This document shows positions 24,021 through 34,315 of a stretch of 64,000 nucleotides of DNA, in pieces. The notes under the pieces are model-generated. The model was not told the origin of the DNA. It worked only from the letters and a program-made list of their open reading frames with translations, and did not search any database. The DNA is from a virus: IMG/VR virus record IMGVR_UViG_3300046787_000130, positions 1 to 64,000 of that record. One strand, written 5' to 3'. The position numbers and the translations under genes were made by a program. Position 1 is the first letter of the stretch. Every line of letters begins with the position of its first letter.

Positions 24021-25492
24021 CAGGTGACCAATATACAGTAGGTAAAGACGGATTTGTTTGGTTTATTGGCGTAGTCGAAGACCGCCAAGACCCTGAACAA
24101 TTAGGGCGTCTCCGTGTCCGTTGCTTTGGTTACCATACAGAAAATAAAGAACTAATTCCAACTGCCGCATTGCCTTGGGCACACATCGTGCAACCTCCTA
24201 ATCTTCCAGCATCATATACTGCCAAGGAAGGCGATATGGTGTTTGGATTCTTCCTTGACGCAAACTCAGCCCAGTTGCCAATGATTGTTGGCGTCATTCC
24301 TGGCAAGCCTTCTGCCAAACCTGATGCGTCAGTAGGATTTGCTGACCCTAATGGTAAGTACCCAACACGCATTGGGGAATCAACCTTCTCTCGTCTTGCG
24401 AGAGGGGCAAAGTATCCTTACAGTTACGTTCATGAGACGGAATCTGGTCACACGTTTGAACTAGATGACAATGGCAAAGGTCGCATCAAGTTATCACATA
24501 ACAATGGAACTTATGTTGAGTTTGATACTGAAGGCAATCAGATTAACGTTGTCAAGAAGAACAACAAGGTCACTATCTCTGGTGATGATACAGTAAGTGT
24601 TGGCGGTAACTGTAAGTTGTCTGTTGGCGGAGATATGACCCTAAGCGTTACAGGAAGCCTAAACATTAAAGCAGCTGCTATCAATATGGTATCTGGTGCT
24701 ATCAATATGCAGGGTTCATCCTTTGGCGTAGATGCTGCTGGCGCAATTAACATAAGTTCAGGCGCAGCAACTAAGATTAAATCTAGTGGAGTGTTGAGCA
24801 TGGATGGTACCATGACTACGCTTAGCGGTGGCGTGGTTGACGTTGCCGGCGCTCTGGTAAACATTCAGATGGGCTCACCTGAAACACCAGATGCCCTAGA
24901 CATTCCAGATTTTGAGGCTGATATTTTAGCCGATGCTGCGTCTGTTGCAGGAGTCTCTACTGGCGGCGGGTTCCTTGATGGTCTTAAGGGCAATCTTGGT
25001 AAGGTTCTTGATACCGTACAAACAGTTGTTGATACTGTACAAGCCGTTAAGTCTGGAAACTACTTGGGCGCACTTGGCGGATTAAGTCAACTAAATCCTG
25101 CTATCGGAAAATCGCTTGGTCCACTTACTGAAACAATTGACAAGGTTCAGGGTACTCTTAACGTTGTAACAACTGCTGTTAATGATGCTCTAACCGTAGT
25201 AGATTCTGTTGGCGTAATTATTGGCAAAGACCTATATCCGAAGACAAGTTTCCTACGGAATACGTTAGGTGAGTTGAATAGCGTTTCATACAAGGTTGAT
25301 GAGGCTTATTATGCTCTATCTACTATGGCAGATGGTACATATGATTTGCACTCGCAAACTTCCGCAATGCCATCTTTCAGAGAATCTGTAGCAACTACAA
25401 TTTATGCAGTTGACAACACTATTAACACATATAATGAATATGCTAAACCAAACCAAAAGATTGCGACTGTGGCTAGTCGCGTGAATATCTAG
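24017..25492 (+). CDS. 5: baseplate central spike gp5 (OB fold + beta-helix, no lysozyme domain)
   Basis: WFIGVVEDRQDPEQLGRLRVRCFGYH, LPWA, VFGFFLD, YPY..ETESGH. Confidence 0.92.
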   Translation: MTGDQYTVGKDGFVWFIGVVEDRQDPEQLGRLRVRCFGYHTENKELIPTAALPWAHIVQPPNLPASYTAKEGDMVFGFFLDANSAQLPMIVGVIPGKPSAKPDASVGFADPNGKYPTRIGESTFSRLARGAKYPYSYVHETESGHTFELDDNGKGRIKLSHNNGTYVEFDTEGNQINVVKKNNKVTISGDDTVSVGGNCKLSVGGDMTLSVTGSLNIKAAAINMVSGAINMQGSSFGVDAAGAINISSGAATKIKSSGVLSMDGTMTTLSGGVVDVAGALVNIQMGSPETPDALDIPDFEADILADAASVAGVSTGGGFLDGLKGNLGKVLDTVQTVVDTVQAVKSGNYLGALGGLSQLNPAIGKSLGPLTETIDKVQGTLNVVTTAVNDALTVVDSVGVIIGKDLYPKTSFLRNTLGELNSVSYKVDEAYYALSTMADGTYDLHSQTSAMPSFRESVATTIYAVDNTINTYNEYAKPNQKIATVASRVNI

Positions 25493-25500
25493 GAGGCATC

Positions 25501-25986
25501 ATGGCTCTAGGAATATCAGCAGTAAAATCTATTGTCCTAAGTATGATTGGCGGTAATGTGCTAATGCCAGTTCCTACGACTACTATCGCAGGTTCACCTA
25601 CTGTTACTCAGTTATCGCTAGGAACTCTGGTGTCATTAGCATCAGCTGCCACTGAGATTGCTGGGTCTGTAGGAACACTCTCCGCAGTTGTACAAAATCC
25701 TGTTGGCGGGATTGCTGGTGAATTGGGCGCAACTGTAGGCGATTTAACCGCGAATAATTTCCAGAACTTAGATACAACTTTGAGCACAGTTGCGGGTAAT
25801 GGCGCATTAACTGACTCTTACAATAACCTGAAAAAGGCTCTTGGTGGCGGTGATGGTACTTCCGGATTAAACTCAACTGTAACTAAGTTCCAAGAACATA
25901 CTGATAAGATATCAGGTGTAACGCTAACTAGCAATAGTGATTTGAGTAAGCCTTTGACTATTCCGCAGACTCCTGGTGGTAGATAA
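25501..25986 (+). CDS. hypothetical virion protein
   Basis: AGGAGG RBS; between gp5 and gp25. Confidence 0.7.
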   Translation: MALGISAVKSIVLSMIGGNVLMPVPTTTIAGSPTVTQLSLGTLVSLASAATEIAGSVGTLSAVVQNPVGGIAGELGATVGDLTANNFQNLDTTLSTVAGNGALTDSYNNLKKALGGGDGTSGLNSTVTKFQEHTDKISGVTLTSNSDLSKPLTIPQTPGGR

Positions 25987-26732
25987 TGCCTGTACAATCT
26001 GACCTGTTTTATCTTGGACTGAACGGCGGTCCAAACGCAATCGCGCAGTTTAGCAAAACTGAGTATCGTTCTGCGCGTATCACTGTGCAGTCTTCATCAA
26101 ATGTTGAACACCAGTTGTCAGAAGTATACCTCATTCACGACAACAATCTAGTATACATCCGACAGATGGACTTCATTTATACTACCGACCCATTTGTGTC
26201 CTATACGGCTATAATTGATGGCAATAACGTATACTTACAGGCTAATACAAGTTTGCCTAATACCGATTTGGTGCTATTTGCCAATCTGTTTGATAATCCT
26301 GTAACTGCATCAGATAAGACAATAGATTTTGCGTCTATCGTGGCTAATGCAACGGCTATGGCATCATTAGCCCCAAGTGACAACACCAACTATGCTACCG
26401 CAATGACAGCAAGTCTCGATAAGCATGAAGATTTAACGGTACTGAAGCGTCAGATTGAAACTTCTATTGCGCATATGCAGACTTCTGAGTTCGCGACTAG
26501 AACAGATGCTGAAAAGAATGATTACATCAACAATCTTGCAAACACTATAAATAGTACGGCTAATACACTAGACCAAACTGTACAGTCTGATGTTCAGACT
26601 TATTATGATGTAAGTAAGCAGGTTGAATCCGTATCCTCATTGACAAACATCAATCTGGGTATGTCCAATCCGAAGGTCAAGGTATTAATGGAAAAGGTTC
26701 TAAATGAAACTGGAAAGAGCATATTCAAGTAA
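25986..26732 (+). CDS. hypothetical virion protein
   Basis: YRSARITVQ...SEVYLIHD beta domain plus helical C-half. Confidence 0.7.
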   Translation: MPVQSDLFYLGLNGGPNAIAQFSKTEYRSARITVQSSSNVEHQLSEVYLIHDNNLVYIRQMDFIYTTDPFVSYTAIIDGNNVYLQANTSLPNTDLVLFANLFDNPVTASDKTIDFASIVANATAMASLAPSDNTNYATAMTASLDKHEDLTVLKRQIETSIAHMQTSEFATRTDAEKNDYINNLANTINSTANTLDQTVQSDVQTYYDVSKQVESVSSLTNINLGMSNPKVKVLMEKVLNETGKSIFK

Positions 26733-27125
26733 ATGTCGCTAATAACAAGAACTTACAAAGACCTTGACCTAAACTTCACGAAGCATCCTGTAACAAAGGA
26801 TATCGCGAAGAAAACTGACATTGCTGCGATTGCTGGTGCAATGCAGAACCTATTCCAGACATCAAATTACGAAAGACTGTTTCATCCAGATATTGGATGC
26901 AGTCTAAAGCAGATGCTCTTCCAGCCTGTTGACAGCGGAAGTTCATCGCAAATCGAGTATATCGTTAAACAGACCATCATCAATTTTGAACCAAGAGTCA
27001 AACTTGAAGGTGTATTAGTTGAACCCAATCCAGACTACAACGGGTACAATGTATTTGTCACTTTCTTCTATGTGAATAACCCAGAACCAGTCACCATCAG
27101 AGTATTCCTAGAAAGAGTAAGATAA
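26733..27125 (+). CDS. 25: baseplate wedge subunit gp25
   Basis: YKDLDLNFTKHPVT, ERLFHPDIG, NFEPRV, LERVR. Confidence 0.95.
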   Translation: MSLITRTYKDLDLNFTKHPVTKDIAKKTDIAAIAGAMQNLFQTSNYERLFHPDIGCSLKQMLFQPVDSGSSSQIEYIVKQTIINFEPRVKLEGVLVEPNPDYNGYNVFVTFFYVNNPEPVTIRVFLERVR

Positions 27126-27126
27126 C

Positions 27127-29187
27127 ATGGCAAATCCTGACGCAAAATTGAAGGTTGCTGAATTAGACTTTGACACAATCAAGTCTAACCTTAAGGCATT
27201 CCTGAAGAGCCAAAGCGAATTTTCAGACTATAACTTTGAAGGTTCAGGTCTGTCTGTTCTACTTGACATTCTAGCGTACAACACCCATTACATGGGCTAC
27301 TACATGAATATGGTAGCCAATGAAATGTTTATGGACACTGCTCTGTTGCGCAGTTCTGTAGTTTCTCATGCAAAACTTCTAGGCTATACGCCACGTTCAA
27401 GAGCAGCCTCGCAAGCAACCGTCAACGTAGCCTTTAACATTATTACTAGCGATGCTAATAGCAGCATTACTCTGCCAAGATTTAGCCGATTCATTTCAGG
27501 TGAGAAAGATGGTAAAAATTACATCTTTGTTAACTCAGAGCAAACAACAGCAACAAAGAACTCAGCTGGCGGATTCTTCTTTGAAAATTTAAACATTAAG
27601 GAAGGTCAACCAGTATCATATAGTTTTACTTATGATGTAACAAACAATCCTAAGCAAATTTTCGAACTTCCTGATTTAGGTATTGATACATCAACAATGA
27701 AGGTTCAGGTGCAGACTTCATCTCAGAACTCTACCAAAGAAACCTTTATTATAGCCCAAGACTCTACATCAGTTGCTGCAACTTCTCCTGTGTATTATCT
27801 TGAAGAGAATCGCAACGGCAAGTATCAAATCTACTTTGGTGATAATATTGTCGGCAAGAAGTTGACAGATGGAAACATCGTTATTGTCACCTATATCGTA
27901 TCAAGTGGTCTTGATGCTAACGGCATCAAGACCTTTAAGTTGGTTGATAACATTACTGGATACACTCCAATCGTAAGTCTAGTATCAGAATCTGCTTCAG
28001 GTAATCTTGAAGAAGGTATTGATGAGATTCGACTAGTTGCTCCAAAGTCATTTATTGCACAAAATCGCGCAGTAACAAAGAATGACTACATCTCATTAAT
28101 CAATCGCGATTACCCATACTTTAGCGCAGTTACTGTTTGGGGCGGTGAAGAAAATAGCCCACCTATTTACGGCAAGGTATTCTTCTCTGTTAAGCCAACA
28201 AGCAATTATGAAGTAACCTCAACGGAAGTTGAGTATGTTGCTAACAAGATTATCAAGCCATTTAGCGTAGTAACAGTAAAGCCTGAGTACGTTGCTCCAG
28301 ATTATAACTTTATCAATCTTGAGGTTAACGTAACCTACGACCCAACTAAGACCTCTAAGACTGAGGGTCAGATTGAAACTGCTGTCCGCAATGCAATCCT
28401 AACTTACTCAGAAGCAAATCTAAACACGTTTGACAATACTCTTAAGACATCAAAGTTGATGCGAGAGATTGACAACGCAGATACTGCTATTGAAAATAAT
28501 GAAGTATTTGTGACCTTAGAAAAGCGTTTCCGTCCAACATTAAACGCAACTAAGGATTATGCAATTGATTTTGGCGTAGCCTTAAGTCCTGGCAACAGCC
28601 TAAAGAGACTGTTTGCATCACCAAGTTTCAAGGTATATGATAGCACTGGCGTATTGCGCGACGCATACATTGAAGAGATTCCGCAATCATTCACCGGCAT
28701 AACAGAGATTAACATTACAAATCCTGGTAGCGGTTACACAGAAACTCCAACAATCACTTTGCTGGGTGATGGTAAGGGCGCAGAACTTGAACCAGTATTG
28801 GTAAATGGCAAACTGAAGTCAATTACTGTTGTCAAATCAGGTATTGACTACACGACAGCAGCAATTAGCATTACAGGCGGTAATGGTGCTGGTGCTGAAG
28901 CAGTTCCAGTTCTTCAAGCAAAATCTGGTAAACTTCGCATCTACTATTATGATGATAACAAGATTAAGAAGAGTGTTACTGAAGATGCTGGTACAGTCTA
29001 TTATGATACCGGCATCGTGGATATTACGAACTTTAATCCAGTCCTAGTACAAGATGCTTATGGTACTATGGTTGTTAAAGCCATACCTAAGAATACGGTA
29101 TTCTCTGTAACTAAGAATAAAATATTGACTATAGATAGTACTGACCCAGAATCAATTAAGATTAACGTAACAGCGGTAGCACTGTAA
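27127..29187 (+). CDS. 6: baseplate wedge subunit gp6
   Basis: LDFDTIK, DYNFEGSGLSVLLDILAYNTHY, QNRAVT..DY, VWGGE. Confidence 0.95.
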   Translation: MANPDAKLKVAELDFDTIKSNLKAFLKSQSEFSDYNFEGSGLSVLLDILAYNTHYMGYYMNMVANEMFMDTALLRSSVVSHAKLLGYTPRSRAASQATVNVAFNIITSDANSSITLPRFSRFISGEKDGKNYIFVNSEQTTATKNSAGGFFFENLNIKEGQPVSYSFTYDVTNNPKQIFELPDLGIDTSTMKVQVQTSSQNSTKETFIIAQDSTSVAATSPVYYLEENRNGKYQIYFGDNIVGKKLTDGNIVIVTYIVSSGLDANGIKTFKLVDNITGYTPIVSLVSESASGNLEEGIDEIRLVAPKSFIAQNRAVTKNDYISLINRDYPYFSAVTVWGGEENSPPIYGKVFFSVKPTSNYEVTSTEVEYVANKIIKPFSVVTVKPEYVAPDYNFINLEVNVTYDPTKTSKTEGQIETAVRNAILTYSEANLNTFDNTLKTSKLMREIDNADTAIENNEVFVTLEKRFRPTLNATKDYAIDFGVALSPGNSLKRLFASPSFKVYDSTGVLRDAYIEEIPQSFTGITEINITNPGSGYTETPTITLLGDGKGAELEPVLVNGKLKSITVVKSGIDYTTAAISITGGNGAGAEAVPVLQAKSGKLRIYYYDDNKIKKSVTEDAGTVYYDTGIVDITNFNPVLVQDAYGTMVVKAIPKNTVFSVTKNKILTIDSTDPESIKINVTAVAL

Positions 29188-29188
29188 T

Positions 29189-32100
29189 ATGGCTCTAGAT
29201 AAAACAATTTCTGGATTGATTGCATCCCAACTTCCAGATTTTATCAACGCAAAATATGAGGCTAATGCGCCATCATTTAGACGTTTTATTGAACTGTACT
29301 ATGAATGGCTTGAAGTAAACTCTACAACAGGCGTCTCTAATACTGCTGGCAACACAATATATCACATTATGAACTCAGACAAGTATCGTGATGTTGATAC
29401 AACTGAAGAAGGGTTTCTAACATACTTCAAGAGTGAACTCCTACCATTCTTTCCAGAAAGAACAGAACTTGAACTAACCAAGATTCTCAAAGGCGCTAAG
29501 GAATTCTACCTCAAGAAAGGTACTGAAGATTCTATCAAGTGGCTATTCCGCGTGTTGTTTAACAAGGAAGCCAATATCTTCTATCCAAAAGAGGACATCC
29601 TCAAAGCCTCAGATGGTAAGTGGCAATTACCAAAATCAATCAAGGTAAGTGATTCTCCATTCTTCGTACAAACTGCCGGCTCAACTAGAAATTTCTACGC
29701 AGCCAATGCAGCACCTGCGACATATCATTCTGCTAACACATTTATCAACAACGTAGAGTTTGATAACAATCTCCGTCGCAATTCTACTTTGCTTGGATTT
29801 GCATCATACAAAATTTGGGTTGATACTGTAACATCTGGCACTACCATTTACAATGATGTAGTTGCGTATCTAACTAGCAGTCAGATTACTGGCACAATGA
29901 CTGACTCCGCAGGTTCAGCATTTACAAACTTGCTGTCAACTCCTAGCGTGAGCACAAATCGTTCAGGATATAGTAGTCGGGTTATGCTTGAGGTTATGGA
30001 GGCTTTCTATCTCCAAGATATAACCAGTGATGCAACAAGAATCACCTACAACAATAATTTGTCCAAGACCACGCTTGAAGCGGTACTAGGAACCGGACTA
30101 AACACAGTAACATTACAGTTTGATGGTATCCAAGTATTTGAAATTGGTAATCTAGAACCAGTTGACGTAATTGCCTCAAACAGCATTTTCCGATATGCTA
30201 CAACATCAGCTGACATTCTTGTGTCTGTTGATGCCGCAAATACTCCAGCCTATGTCTTTACATTTGGCAAAGAAGAGCGCGGAACAACGCTAAATGTAGA
30301 TACTGCAAACAACTCAACTCTGGCTAACAGTAAGTTTGGCGACGACAAGTTTGTCCTAGAATACGGTAAGGTTTATCGCGCCGCTAACAATCTTGGCATC
30401 GTTAAGTCTGCATCTGCCGCAAACGTTGGATTGATTAGTTTTGCGTTCAAAGAAAAGCAAAGAACTCCTACCAACCTTGTTGAACGTAGAATTGTTACTG
30501 GATTAGTATCAAAAGCAACGGCTACTGTTGAAAAAGCATTTACTAAAATTGATGAGTTTACCAAGTCTCCATACACAGAAATGTTCTTATCAAACATTCG
30601 CGGAGAATTTGTTAACAACGAATTAATTGAAGTTGAGTACGTTGATGCTGACGGTAATGACAGAATCTTTACAGAAAGAATCTTTGGGTTTGTTGGTAGC
30701 GTTATAGTTGACCCCAATAGAAGAGGACTAACCTATAAGGTTAATGACCCTGTTGTAATTTTCGGTGGTTCGAATGGCACAGATGCAACATCAACGGCAG
30801 GGTTCTCTCAGGCTACTGCATATGTTTCATCAGTAACTAGTGGTCGCGTTGTTTCGCTAGATGTAATTAACGGCGGCTTTGGTTACAGAGCAGACCCGCA
30901 AACGACTGTTACAGTAGTTAATGACCCCTCAAATCCTGAAGGAGTTGAGGGCAGTATTTCTATTGGCAGCGTGCTAACATCTAGCCCAATTGCATTAAGT
31001 TTGGCTAATGATACAATCCAACCTTATGCTACCAAGGCATTAAATCTTGCTGGTGGTTGGGGGTTGCCTGCTTGTACCTCGGCTAATATTACTGGCACTC
31101 AAGCCCTCTCAACGTTGTTTAGATTTGAAAATATTTCATTCTATCCAATTGAATCTCTTGTCATTAATAATGGTGGTCACGATTATAGCACTCCACCAAC
31201 GCTATTGTTTAATACAGTGTTCCAAGTTGATGGCACTAATAATGTTGCAATCTCCTCGCTTGGTATGATTGCTAATGTTACTGTTATAAATGGCGGCGCA
31301 GGGTACTCTTCTGGTGATACCGTAAACTTTATAGGAAGCGGTATTGGAGCAGTTGGTACATTAACTGTGTCTAGCGGCAGCGTTGTAAGTGTAACTTTTG
31401 CGTCTCAAGCCGCAAGAGGATTTGGTTATACTACAATGCCAGAAGTAACAATTACAAGTTCTGGCGGTAGTGGCGCAATCCTTAAAGCATATGGGTTCAA
31501 TGATGGCGCAGAAGTAGCCCTCTCTGTTGATGACGTTGGTAAGATTAACGAAATTACTATGGACAATCTTGGATTTGGATATACATCTACTCCATCAGCG
31601 TCTCTCAAGATAATTGATGTATACGTTTCAGACTTGGCTACAAGCATCCAAAGTGACCAAGAGTTGACTGTATACCAAGGCGCAAGTTTGTCAACAGCAG
31701 ACTTTACAGGTAATGTTGATGCGTATTATACGTCACTTGATACCGCAACACTATCATCTAACAATACAATTCGCATTTACGACTACAACGGTGCAATCAA
31801 CGTTGCAAACAGCATAGTCATCACTCAGACAAGTACGAATTTAACTGTCTTAAACTACAAGATTTACGGCAATGGTCAAGCCCGTGCTAATGTAAATTTC
31901 GTAGATGGTACTGTTTCATATCCTGGTTATTTCTTGAATACTGATGGATTCTTATCAGCTGATAAGAAATTACAAAACAAGGATAAGTACCATAACTTCT
32001 CATATGTCCTAGAATCTGAAAAGCAACTTAACGATTTTAATCAGACTATGTTTAACATTGTGCATCCTGCTGGAATGCAGTTAATTGCGCATACAAAGAT

Positions 32101-32719
32101 AAGTGACGCAGTTGACGCCGCAACAGACCCTGCTATCGGAGAGTATATCAAGGTTCACCAGAATACAGGTAACATTAATGCTGGTGCAATGTTGTTCTCT
32201 GGTTACTACGCAGGTAGCAATGCAAACGCAAATCTAAACACTGCAAATACTCGCAACATTACCTCAAACAGCGTATCCACAACCAACTTTAGCACAATGG
32301 GACCAAGCGGAGGTTCACTAGCCGCTGGTGACACCATTATTCTAAACTACACAGATACTTACAGACAAGTTACTTTGACTATTGAGAGTGTGGCTTCAAG
32401 TACCCGCCTAAATACAACTCAACCTGTAATCATTAGTGGATTTGGATTGCTAAGTCTGAATAGCGCATCTGTATATGCAACTTGCAGTGAGAATGTAGCA
32501 GGAAAGATTCTAGTTAATGACTACTTGAGAATCTTTGATAGATTTGACTATGATGTAACCGGAAATGATAATCACGTTGTTGTTCGCAGAGTTGCTGTGT
32601 CACCAACTAATAACATCATTCAGTTAGTATCTGCACCGCCAATAAGTAATTCAAATCTGGGATATTGGATTGACCCTGATTTCAGAAACGTACCAATTAA
32701 GATTGAGAGAAACATCTAA
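29189..32719 (+). CDS. 7: baseplate wedge subunit gp7-like
   Basis: QLPDFI, FYLKKGTEDS, ASDGKW, YHNFSY, VHPAG; synteny 6-7-8. Confidence 0.85.
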   Translation: MALDKTISGLIASQLPDFINAKYEANAPSFRRFIELYYEWLEVNSTTGVSNTAGNTIYHIMNSDKYRDVDTTEEGFLTYFKSELLPFFPERTELELTKILKGAKEFYLKKGTEDSIKWLFRVLFNKEANIFYPKEDILKASDGKWQLPKSIKVSDSPFFVQTAGSTRNFYAANAAPATYHSANTFINNVEFDNNLRRNSTLLGFASYKIWVDTVTSGTTIYNDVVAYLTSSQITGTMTDSAGSAFTNLLSTPSVSTNRSGYSSRVMLEVMEAFYLQDITSDATRITYNNNLSKTTLEAVLGTGLNTVTLQFDGIQVFEIGNLEPVDVIASNSIFRYATTSADILVSVDAANTPAYVFTFGKEERGTTLNVDTANNSTLANSKFGDDKFVLEYGKVYRAANNLGIVKSASAANVGLISFAFKEKQRTPTNLVERRIVTGLVSKATATVEKAFTKIDEFTKSPYTEMFLSNIRGEFVNNELIEVEYVDADGNDRIFTERIFGFVGSVIVDPNRRGLTYKVNDPVVIFGGSNGTDATSTAGFSQATAYVSSVTSGRVVSLDVINGGFGYRADPQTTVTVVNDPSNPEGVEGSISIGSVLTSSPIALSLANDTIQPYATKALNLAGGWGLPACTSANITGTQALSTLFRFENISFYPIESLVINNGGHDYSTPPTLLFNTVFQVDGTNNVAISSLGMIANVTVINGGAGYSSGDTVNFIGSGIGAVGTLTVSSGSVVSVTFASQAARGFGYTTMPEVTITSSGGSGAILKAYGFNDGAEVALSVDDVGKINEITMDNLGFGYTSTPSASLKIIDVYVSDLATSIQSDQELTVYQGASLSTADFTGNVDAYYTSLDTATLSSNNTIRIYDYNGAINVANSIVITQTSTNLTVLNYKIYGNGQARANVNFVDGTVSYPGYFLNTDGFLSADKKLQNKDKYHNFSYVLESEKQLNDFNQTMFNIVHPAGMQLIAHTKISDAVDAATDPAIGEYIKVHQNTGNINAGAMLFSGYYAGSNANANLNTANTRNITSNSVSTTNFSTMGPSGGSLAAGDTIILNYTDTYRQVTLTIESVASSTRLNTTQPVIISGFGLLSLNSASVYATCSENVAGKILVNDYLRIFDRFDYDVTGNDNHVVVRRVAVSPTNNIIQLVSAPPISNSNLGYWIDPDFRNVPIKIERNI

Positions 32720-34305
32720 TGCATAGATATTCCAAATCTACTGCCCTAAACGGGATTGTAATGGCAAGAGCCTATGAAGATGCTCTGACAAATGACACTG
32801 GAAATACCTATGTCGGTCTTGGTCAAGTTTCCTCATCATTCGGAACACCAGTTGTAGATGAATCACTTAACAGTTACAGCGACTTGTTCCAGAATTTAGT
32901 AGCAATCAAGAAGATTACCTCCTCTGATATCAATCTTGTTGTTCCTGACGTAGTTTGGACTAACTCTACTGTCTATGACCAGTTTAACAGCGGCGATGAG
33001 ATGTATTCTCATGAAACCATTACACAATTAACTGGTAATGTTAATATTAGTTCCGGTTCAACGGGAATGTCAAATGGAACTAGCGCAACATTGTTTACTA
33101 GCGAACTCAGTGTTGGCGATATCATCCAACTATCTGGTATCGGCAATGAAACATATCCGGTTCGCAGAGAGATTGTTATAATTGATTCTGATACGAATCT
33201 AACAGTAAATACATCATCTGAAACTACCTATACCAACAACCTTGCGTATAAGGTTGCAGACGCATATCCATACTACGGCAAGAGTTTCTATGCTAGAAAT
33301 TCATATGACCAAGTATTCATCTGCATTTTTAATAATGGCGATACCGCATCAACAGTTGAACCAGTGCTGCGCCCAGAAAACTTTTCAATGGGCAAACTAG
33401 TGCAGTCTACAACTGATGGGTATATTTGGCGTTACCTTTACACCATTCCATCAGGATTAAAAGAAAAGTTCCTCTTTACTGATGCTGATAGCAATTCTTG
33501 GATGCCTGTTGCTACAGACGCAATCGTATCATCTACTGCAACAGATGGTGCAATTGAACACATTCGAATTCTAGACAGCGGTTCAGGATACAACTCAAAC
33601 ACCGCTTGCACAAGTGCTGACATCATCACTATCTCTGGTGATGGTACAGGCGCAAGTTATGTTGCTAATGTTTATCAGTCTGCTGCGCTAGACTCTACAA
33701 CTATCTCTGAACTACTATCTGCAAATAATGGTGCAGGTTACAGTTTTGCTAATGTCACTTCATCTGATGTTAGCGGAACTGGTGCGTTGTTTGAAGCATT
33801 AATTGGACCTCCTGGCGGGTTCGGATATGACCCTGCTAAGGATTTGGGTGCAAAGTTCGTTGCACTAAGCGTCGAATTTGCATCAAACGTGTCAGGCACC
33901 CTACCAATAAGTTCTTCAGCAGGGTCTGTTGCATTTAGACAGGTTTCCGTTATTCGGAATCCGCAGTATGCTAATAACGCATATATTTCAGTTGGTGAAG
34001 TTGCTCTAACATCAAACCTTGAAGTTGCAGTCAGTTCCACTCCAACAGTTGGAACTCGTGTTGCTCAAAATGATGGTTACGAAGGTACAGTTGTCGCATT
34101 TACCAACCCATATTTGCTACTAAATAACACTAAAGGTACATTTGCAAATACTGGTCCATTTGTTTCAGGAGTTATTGGAAATGCCCAAACTCTGAATACT
34201 TCTGGAGTGAAGCGTTCTGGTGATATCCTGTTTATGGAAAATATCGCAGCTGTTACCAGAACAACTAATCAAGCCGAACAGATTAAACTCGTATTTAAGT
34301 TTTAG
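32719..34305 (+). CDS. 8: baseplate wedge subunit gp8
   Basis: IKKI, VFICIFNN..STVEP, DGYIWRYLYTI, SGDILF.EN...Q.EQIKLV. Confidence 0.88.
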   Translation: MHRYSKSTALNGIVMARAYEDALTNDTGNTYVGLGQVSSSFGTPVVDESLNSYSDLFQNLVAIKKITSSDINLVVPDVVWTNSTVYDQFNSGDEMYSHETITQLTGNVNISSGSTGMSNGTSATLFTSELSVGDIIQLSGIGNETYPVRREIVIIDSDTNLTVNTSSETTYTNNLAYKVADAYPYYGKSFYARNSYDQVFICIFNNGDTASTVEPVLRPENFSMGKLVQSTTDGYIWRYLYTIPSGLKEKFLFTDADSNSWMPVATDAIVSSTATDGAIEHIRILDSGSGYNSNTACTSADIITISGDGTGASYVANVYQSAALDSTTISELLSANNGAGYSFANVTSSDVSGTGALFEALIGPPGGFGYDPAKDLGAKFVALSVEFASNVSGTLPISSSAGSVAFRQVSVIRNPQYANNAYISVGEVALTSNLEVAVSSTPTVGTRVAQNDGYEGTVVAFTNPYLLLNNTKGTFANTGPFVSGVIGNAQTLNTSGVKRSGDILFMENIAAVTRTTNQAEQIKLVFKF

Positions 34306-34315
34306 GTAGAAATAC

